DNA of 64,000 bases from NCBI GenBank assembly GCA_964016885.1, contig OZ024741.1, positions 136,400,001 through 136,464,000 on the forward strand, given 5' to 3'. Made by a program: the position numbers and the translations under genes. Numbering within the stretch: position 1 is the first letter of the stretch; the number at the start of each line of letters is the position of its first letter. Positions 55,681 through 64,000 of this stretch are shown here, piece after piece. The notes beneath the pieces are model-generated. The model saw nothing but the letters and a program-made list of their open reading frames with translations, was not told where the DNA came from and ran no database searches. Origin of the DNA: Eledone cirrhosa. Lineage: Eukaryota.

Positions 55681-56287
55681 ATAATTTTATCTAAGAATCT
55701 TTGGTTAAGAAATACTCCAAACATCAACTGAATAAAACAGTTGTTTTTTTTATTAAATTCCTCCCATTTTTTAAAACATAAATCAAAATACATTGCCAGT
55801 GCATTTTATTAAAAATATAGTAACAAAAAGGTTCAATTTAAAGGTAGTGGCTGAATAGATAGAATTGGATTCGCAATCGTGAGCTTGAGAGTTCGGTTCC
55901 CGGACCGAGTGATGCGATATGTCAGTAAATGTCTACCACTATAGCCACAGGTTGCCTCAATGCCTTGTCAGAGAAATTTGGCAGACAGAAACTGTGTAGA
56001 AGTCTGTCATAAATATGATATGATCAGAAACTGGAGGCTACAGTGTTTAACAATCAAATAAGGATAATGTAGGGTTTGAGAGGACTCTTCAGTCTTGCCT
56101 AGAATGTGACAACCTCTTGGGTGTTGATGCAATGATAAAATGCACCCAGCACACTCTGTAATGTGGCAGGTGTTGGAAAGGGCATCTAGCTATTGAAAAT
56201 ATGCAAAATATGGAACATAACTAGCAAGAATAGGTCAATCTGATCCGTTTGTTTTTAGACCGTGACAACACATCCAACTCATGCCAG

Positions 56288-56922
56288 CATATGTGAAATG
56301 GTATGTACTGCTACATGGTGGTGGTAGTTATGTGAAGTGGCATGTACTGCTACATGGGGAAGGAGGGGTTAACATGGAGGATATGGGAAATGTTGGGGAG
56401 TTGTATATGAAAGATATAAGTGGTATGTACTGCTACATGATGGTGCTGGTGGGTCACTGTGAAGATATGTGAAGTGGTATGTACTGCTACATGAGGAGCG
56501 AGAAGGGTTTAACATGCAAGATATGTGAAGTGGTGTGTTGCTACATGGGGAGGGAGGAGGTTTAACATGAAATATATGTGAAGTGATATGTGTTGCTACA
56601 TGAAGGGGTGCATACATGGAAGTTATGTGAAGTGATATGTACTGCTACATGTGTAGCGGGAGGGTAGTCATATGGAAATTATGTGAAGTGGTATATGCTG
56701 CTACATGGGAGGGGGTTTTATACAGGGAAATATATCAAGTGGTATGTGCTGCTACATGGTAGGTATGGAAGATATATGAAGTGATATGTAGTTACATGGT
56801 GAGGAGGGGGTGAGGTTATACATGGAAAATATGTGAAGTGGTATGTACTGCTACATAGGGTGGTATGAAGTGGTATGTACTGCTACATGGGGTGGTATGA
56901 AGTGGTATGTACTGCTACATGA
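56288..56922. repeat. degenerate minisatellite, core ATATGTGAAGTGGTATGTACTGCTACATG
   Basis: About 13 cores separated by G-rich variable linkers. Confidence 0.85.
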
Positions 56923-57756
56923 AGCATATGTAAAAGAATGTTCCAGTAAGATGTTGGAATAGTAGGTCTCACAAACATGTTAAGACATGATTGAGACAAG
57001 TGGTGACAATATGCTGTACAGCAGATCTGTCTAATCCATGCTAGCTTGGAGGAAACATGGATGTTTCAAGGTTGATGATGATAATGACCATCATCATCAT
57101 CATCATCATCATCATCGTTGTCGTCGTTGTCATCAACATCATTTAACAACTGTCTTCCATACTAGCATGTATGCTATGATATATGTATGTGTGTATACTA
57201 TGATGTTTCACGCTGCTCCTGCTGCCTGGAGTTGCGACCGGTAGATAGTATTAGCAATTGGAAAGACCAATGGACCATTGCTGTTATTTCTTGCAATTTA
57301 TTGTCCATGCAGATACTACCTTATTGACTCACGTTATATTTGATATGGAGTGAGGTGGTTGAAGAAGAGGGACGGAGATTTGGGTGTAATGGGTAGGGCT
57401 GAATATAAATGAGAATATTTGAAGTTTGCTGGTGATGGGGAGTGTCGGGTTAATCGAAGTTGAGAATGGGATAAAAGATAATCTCGTCTAATTAACTTGA
57501 TAGATAAAAATAATTAAATAGAAAATATTTATAGTTTGTGTTTGGCAACAAGAATATTAATACTTTATTGATATTTCGGGGTGGGAGAGTACGGCATTGG
57601 TGTATTCGATAATCAATTGAATCGATCTCAATATGTTCTTAACAAAAACATCAGTAGTGAGATGGCAGAGTTGTTAGAGTACTAACAGAGTTGGTAGAGC
57701 ATTTGGGTTTCTTGTCCCATCTCTCTGCTAGAGCCCTACCTTATTAAACCTCAAAT

Positions 57757-58040
57757 ACGCATGGTTTAGGGGTTAGGGCGTTCAGTCGACGAACGTAAGA
57801 TCGTGAGTTCGATTCTCGCCGCTGCGTTGGGTGCTTCACTATAATACTATATGGCCTGTACTTGTATTTCAAAGGAGCTGTCATGTCAGACACTGTGTTA
57901 TGCTGAGCCCCCCAGAAAAGTACGTTAAAGGTGCACGTGTTTGTAGAATGTCCAGGTACTTATACGTTAATTTCACGAGCTGCTGCACATAAGATGAAAC
58001 AAGTGGAAAATTCATCGTCGAAATCATCGAAGATCCATTC
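57757..58040 (+). mobile_element. SINE family B
   Basis: CGCATGGTTTAGGGGTTAGGGCGTTC...CGTAAGATCGTGAGTTCGATTC. Confidence 0.7.
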
Positions 58041-58439
58041 CCTCCACTGAACTAGAAAGATCCATATCCGCCATGCAGGCTTTGCATTATTGATAAACTC
58101 TTATTACTGACTGACGTAAGAATCAAAGAGGCCATTATCATCAACAAGAAAAAGCCACAAATATATAATAGATTGGAAATGCACGAAGCTGATTGGCTAC
58201 TATGACGGCTCCACGCATGTATATTTTAGACACTTCGACCAGTTAGGGAATAATACATCGATCGTTCGTTTTTGTTTTGAACCGTTTTCATGTTACATTT
58301 GAAAAGAGAGTAATAGCCCTGATATATAATGTTGAAATATACTGGGTAAAACATTACTTTGTTTTGTTTTATTTGTCAACCTTTGTCCTTTATATATTTC
58401 TACTGCATTGTACCGGCTTTTTGAAACTTATCAGTCACT

Positions 58440-59310
58440 TATTACTAACCTATCTATGCAATCCTTACATTATTACTAACCTATTATTACAATCCTTAAG
58501 TTATTACTAACCTATCATTACAATCCTTTCGTAACTGCTAACCTATTATTAAAATCCCTGCGTTAGGGCTAACCTATTATTACAATCCTTACATTATTGC
58601 TAACCTATTATTAAAACCCTTACGTTATTGCTAACCTATTATTACAATCCTTATGTTATTGCTAACCTATTATTACAACCCTTACGTTATTGCTAACTTA
58701 TTATTACAATCCTTACATGATTGCTAACCTATTATCAAAATTCTTACGTTATTGCTAACCTGTTATTATAATTCTTATTGCCAACATGTCAGCACTATTG
58801 TAAGGATTGTAATAACATGTTATCATAATCCTTGCCTTATTGCTAACCTATTCTTGCAATCCTTACCTTATTGCTAACCTATTATTAAAATATTTACCTT
58901 ATTGCTAACCTATTATTAAAATCATTACGTTACTGCTAGCCTATTATTACAATCCTTCCCTTATTGCTAACCTATTCTTGCAATCCTTACCTTATTGCTA
59001 ACCTATTATTAAAATCTTTACATTATTGCTAACCTATTATCAAAATCCTTACGTTATTGCTAGCCTGTTATTATAATTCTTACGTTATTACTAACATGTC
59101 AGCACTATTGTAAGGACTGTAATAACATGTTATTATAATCTTTACATTAGTGCTAACCTATTAATACAATATTTACATTAGTGCTAACCTATTCTTGCAA
59201 TACTTATATTATTACTAAGCTCTTATTACAATCCCTACGTTATTGCTAACCTGTTACAATCCTTATGTCATTGTTAACCTGTTGTAGGCAACCTTTCCTT
59301 GTTGCTAACC
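58440..59310. repeat. 31-bp minisatellite TTATTGCTAACCTATTATTACAATCCTTACG
   Basis: More than 20 diverged units, with two inverted partial units inside. Confidence 0.92.
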
Positions 59311-59688
59311 CCCAATTTTATAAAGCCCTGTATTGATCTCATTCAAACACTTCCACCCCCTTTATTAATCCTCTCTGCCTCATTCCCATCAAATGGAAGC
59401 TACGCTGTATCATAAGTAAACACAACGTAAGGTTGACATATGTTAAACGGTCACTTGTAATATTACAACAGTACATAATTCCCTTTCAACGTTGAAAGAG
59501 ATGGAGTACCATTCTATTCAACCATAGAACTAAATCAGACACCAAAAGACGTTGAGTGTTACATAAAACAACATTATATCTTAGACAAATAGTGGCTGTT
59601 TCAAGGAGAATACAAACTGTCAAAATATTTAAATGAGAAAATATATTTCTATAGAAGTCTTTTTGTGTCTCTGCACATACCTATGGTA

Positions 59689-59811
<123 letters not shown>

Positions 59812-59822
59812 CCATTGTAAAA

Positions 59823-60025
59823 GTGCATGGTTTAGTGTGTTGTGTCCTTGAGCAAGGCATATCATTTCACTTTCCTCCAGTACATTCGGTTAGCGAAAAT
59901 TAGTTGTATCTGCATTTCAAATCACCACTCTTGTAAGATACTGTGTCACTCTAACTTTCCCCGAGAACTACGCATGTCCGTCTAATGCTCAGCCACTTGC
60001 ACGATAATTTCAAGTGCAGGACATT
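59823..60025 (+). mobile_element. SINE family B, deleted head
   Basis: TTGTGTCCTTGAGCAAGGCA.ATCATTTCAC...ATGCTCAGCCACTTGCACG. Confidence 0.7.
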
Positions 60026-61489
60026 CCAGTTCCAGTGTCCGAAAGGTGGGGTGGGTCAGGAGGTGGGGTGGTGGTGGTGGTGGTGGTGAAGGAGGAGGAG
60101 GCGTTGATGAAATATGTTCTCTGAAAGACGGTAGCTAAAAGTTTGAGAAACTTTGCTCTAAGTCAATAACACCGATGGTATCATTGCAGTTCTGGGTGAG
60201 TATGGCACATGACGATGATGGTGATGAGAGTGAGAATGATGATGATGATATGATAACGATGATGTTTTCAAAATTAGTTGATGCAATTAATATATTCGGA
60301 CTAGATCGACTTTTCTTTTCATTACTTTGTGTGGAGGGGTCAATAAATATATATTTGTGTTCATTTGATATATTATATAGCCCCGCACCCTTTGTAAAAA
60401 TTGGCCTTGTTCCTACCACAAAGAAAGCAAGAATTTTTAGTTGTATGCTTTACTGTATCTAAATTGGTCGTCCTTGTTCAGACATTAATTTTATTCTTGC
60501 TGAGTTCCACTTTGCCTTTGATATTTTCGGGTGAGAAAAACAATTACTACGTACATACGGCGATTGATTCCATCGACTAACATTTCTCAAAAATTGGCTT
60601 AGTTTCTAGCCGAACGAAATTAATATTTTTCCGAAACAAAGGAGGTCTATGTTAATGTGTCGTGTGATAAAGTAGAAAGTAACATTCAGAAGCAAGGCTC
60701 TTTGTCAGAGAAGAAATGACGAAGGTTCTGTCTAGCACATTAATCGATACTTCATCATCTCACGGCAGCCAAATATTCAATAGTGTTTATTTTCCTATTC
60801 AGTTTCTGTCAATACAGACCAGTTTCTTAGACTACCAAGTCTAGTGATTATATTCCTCTAACCTTCTATGAGTGCACAAAATGGGCAGAATTCGATCCTC
60901 AAATTAAGAGGTAAGAAAAGTCAATGAACAACGTTTCAGCGGTGAATTCATTTAGAAATAAAAGTTGTAGTTTTACTGAATAATAAATGTTAGAGGTCTT
61001 AAACATAATTCTTTGAAAAATTGAACAGAAGCTTAACAATTCATTAGAAAAAGTCGAAAACAATAACTTACTCTATAATTACTCTATAATTAATGTTCAA
61101 CTATGTTATCTTAATCGTGTGTTTGTATCTAAGATATGGAATGGAATATGGAATAGGCTTTCGTCGGTTTCAACGATGAGTTTTTCAGTTTTTTTACCAA
61201 CGGAACAGACTTCTCATGAAATTGACCTGTAAGTGAATGAGCATTTCACAGATACATGTACCGTTAACGTAGTTCTTGGGGAGATTCGGCATGACAACGT
61301 GTGTATGGCATGGTGTCCCTTTGAATTACAAGTACAGTCCTTCCGACGGACTTCCAAAGACTCAGTTTTCGTCCACCTAATTTCACCCACAAGACATGTG
61401 CCGACCATCAGCTATGGTAAATGACACTTGCCCAAGATACGACTCACTACAATTGAATCCAAGGTCCAATGATTGTGAAGTGAACGTCT

Positions 61490-62283
61490 TTGTTATTCTA
61501 CCATGCTGTGACCACACTGTATAGGATATATACAATTTCTTTGCTATCCTACCATACTGTGACCACACTGTATAGGATATATACAATTTCTTTGTTATTC
61601 TACCATGCTGTGACCACACTGTCTAGGATATATACAATTTCTTTGCTATTCTACCATGCTGTGACCACACTGTCTAGGATATATACAATTTCTTTATTAT
61701 TCTACCATGCTGTGACCACACTGTCTAGGATATATACAATTTCTTTGCTATTCTACCATGCTGTGACCACACTGTCTAGGATATATACAATTTCTTTGTT
61801 ATTCTACCATGCTGTGACCACACTGTCTAGGATATATACAATTTCTTTGCTATTCTACCATGCTGTGACCACACTGTCTAGGATATATACAATTTCTTTG
61901 CTATTCTACCATGCTGTGACCACACTGTCTAGGATATATACAATTTCTTTGTTATTCTACCATGCTGTGACCACACTGTCTAGGATATATACAATTTCTT
62001 TGTTATTAAACCATGCTGTGACCACACTGTATAGGATATATACAATTTCTTTGCTATTCTACCATGCTGTGACCACACTGTCTAGGATATATACAATTTC
62101 TTTGCTATTCTACCATGCTGTGACCACACTGTCTAGGATATATACAATTTCTTTGCTATCCTACCATGCTGTGACCACACTGTCTAGGATATATACAATT
62201 TCTTTGCTATTCTACCATGCTGCGACCACACTGTCTAGGATATATACAATTTCTTTGTTATTAAACCATGCTGCGACCACACT
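61490..62283. repeat. 51-bp homogeneous minisatellite, about 15.5 units
   Basis: TTGCTATTCTACCATGCTGTGACCACACTGTCTAGGATATATACAATTTCT. Confidence 0.97.
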
Positions 62284-62676
62284 AAGATACAGATATATTA
62301 CTATAGAAGTAAATATATTTGGTGTTATATAAAATCGAAAATTATAACAAATTTAGAAAATTGTCTAATTGTTCTGCCATGCTAAACAAGTTAGTTAAGG
62401 CGTAGTTAATCTATTTACTTGATTTGGGTTCAGCAACATCTTTAAGGAATGTGAGCTGACTTTAAATTATCTAATTCTAATAATTCAATGTTTCGATATG
62501 ATCGATGATGCCACATATACATCAATCGATATTTGACAAGCATACGATTTACGTTCTACTACGTTTGTCTCTGCTTTGAATTGTTTATAGTAATTAGTAA
62601 TGCAACATGTTGAATAAGCAATGCCGTCAGGGTCTCGGAATAAATCATTGATGAGATTAATTCCAGTTCTCTGCAC

Positions 62677-62758
62677 TTTCGTTCAAATTCTACCAAGGTC
62701 AACTTTGCCTTCCATCATTTCGAGATCGATAAATAAAGTACCAGCTTCAATACTGGGT
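62677..62758 (+). mobile_element. SINE family A-related fragment
   Basis: GTTCAAATTCTACCAAGGTCAACTTTGCCTTCCATC. Confidence 0.7.
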
Positions 62759-62785
62759 GGAATTTTCCTCCATATATATTTCCCA

Positions 62786-62816
<31 letters not shown>

Positions 62817-62824
62817 GCTCTCTA

Positions 62825-62912
<88 letters not shown>

Positions 62913-62941
62913 TATACATATATATATATGTGAGTGTGTGT

Positions 62942-63135
62942 GTATCCCGGCTTCAATCGGGGGTCATCACAGTAAGTAAAGTACTCAATACATAGCAGAG
63001 TATACATTTTTAATATAGAAATGGCTTCTACAAGGACTAAAATTGTTTCATTCGACGGAAATCATCAGGGCTTTCCTGGTGATTTCCTTCGAATGAAACA
63101 GTTCTAGTCCTGTAGAAGCCATTTCTATATTGAAT
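62942..63135. mobile_element. short fold-back pLTR element (family H) with a truncated hammerhead
   Basis: Arms ~63012-63069 and ~63075-63131; minus strand CTGATGA-T-TTC CGTC GAA-T-GAAA-CAATTT-TA-GTCC; tail with AGTACTCAA at ~62980. Confidence 0.8.
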
Positions 63136-63144
63136 ATATATGTG

Positions 63145-63182
<38 letters not shown>

Positions 63183-63696
63183 ATGGGTGCGTGCGCGCGT
63201 GTGTGAGTGTGAGGGAGAGAGAGAGACAGAGACAGGGAGAAAACGAGTGAAAGAAATAGAGATGTACCTATTCCAAAACATTTAAACGTATATGTTTTCC
63301 GGAACATCAATTGTCGTCCGGTTTATTCTACCATATTTAAACATTGCCTTATATTTATTTACAGAAAAAACTTCAATATTTATTTAATAAATCAACCAAA
63401 AATATGTTGTTTTACTGTCATTCTTGTTGATATGTATAAATATTTGACTGTTTTCTTTTTCAATAACTGATTAGCAACTCTACGAGTTTCCTACTCTCTT
63501 TTTTTTTTTGCCCTATTTTCTGTGTTTGTTTGTTTGTTCTTTTTCCTATTCTCCTGTTTCTTCTTTCTCCAACACATCCTCTCATCTTTCTGTTATCTCA
63601 ATATTTCGAAAAACTTTCAGACTTTTTCTAATTCTATTAAGCGTTGTATCAATATATACTAATATGCCATTATTACTATATTGTGATAGGATTAAT

Positions 63697-63872
63697 GGTG
63701 GATTGGTAGTATCGGTAGAGAGTCGGACACCATAGAGTTACGGCCCTTTACGATATGAGTTCAAATCCCGCCGAGGTTAACTTTTCCTTTCAGCCTTACG
63801 GGGTCGATAAAATAAAATACCAGTAATGCACTGGGATAATTGCTGGCCTTGTGCCAAAAGTAGAAACAATTA
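63697..63872 (+). mobile_element. SINE family A
   Basis: Head, B-box, core and tail present. Confidence 0.9.
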
Positions 63873-63885
63873 TTATATTGCGATG

Positions 63886-64000
63886 TTGGATTGGCAATAT
63901 CGGTAAAACGTTGGACACCATGCTTTGCAGCATAGAATTATGGCCCTTTATGACCTGAGTTCAAATCCCGCGAGGTTACCTTTGCCTTTCATCCTTATGA
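63886..64000 (+). mobile_element. SINE family A, cut by the window end
   Basis: TGGATTGGCAATATCGG...GAGTTCAAATCCCG. Confidence 0.9.

Noticed and set aside
56288-56922. CRISPR-like repeat/spacer appearance
   Set aside because: The linkers are related to each other and vary in length, the repeats are degenerate, there are no cas genes, and the context is eukaryotic.
61490-62332. 280-aa repetitive ORF
   Set aside because: It arises from a stop-free 51-bp tandem repeat, starts at TTG, and has no supporting gene structure.

Overview
AT-rich eukaryotic (animal) non-coding DNA. The SINE families and microsatellite load suggest an octopus/cephalopod genome, which is an inference. No complete host gene is visible, only a few candidate exons. 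Almost all predicted ORFs are artefacts of (TA)n, (CA)n and (GA)n repeats. The real content is: (i) two 5'-truncated, decayed Penelope-like retroelements (PLEs; RT plus GIY-YIG remnants) at ~7646-11280 (+) and ~38528-41312 (-), each bracketed by inverted pseudo-LTRs and embedded in (TA)n; (ii) about nine families, with no evident similarity outside the motifs, of short non-coding modules inside (TA)n tracts. Many of these are near-perfect 120-800 bp fold-back palindromes. They share one grammar: minimal hammerhead ribozyme with a family-specific palindromic helix III, then usually AATAAA, then a TTGAGTRCT-like motif, then (TA)n; (iii) many tRNA-derived SINEs of two families, CR1-like and L1/Tx1-like LINE fragments, several minisatellites, and a 200-N gap. 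The most notable signal is the diverse, (TA)n-associated ribozyme/hairpin PLE system. All structures were read by eye and coordinates are approximate to a few bases.
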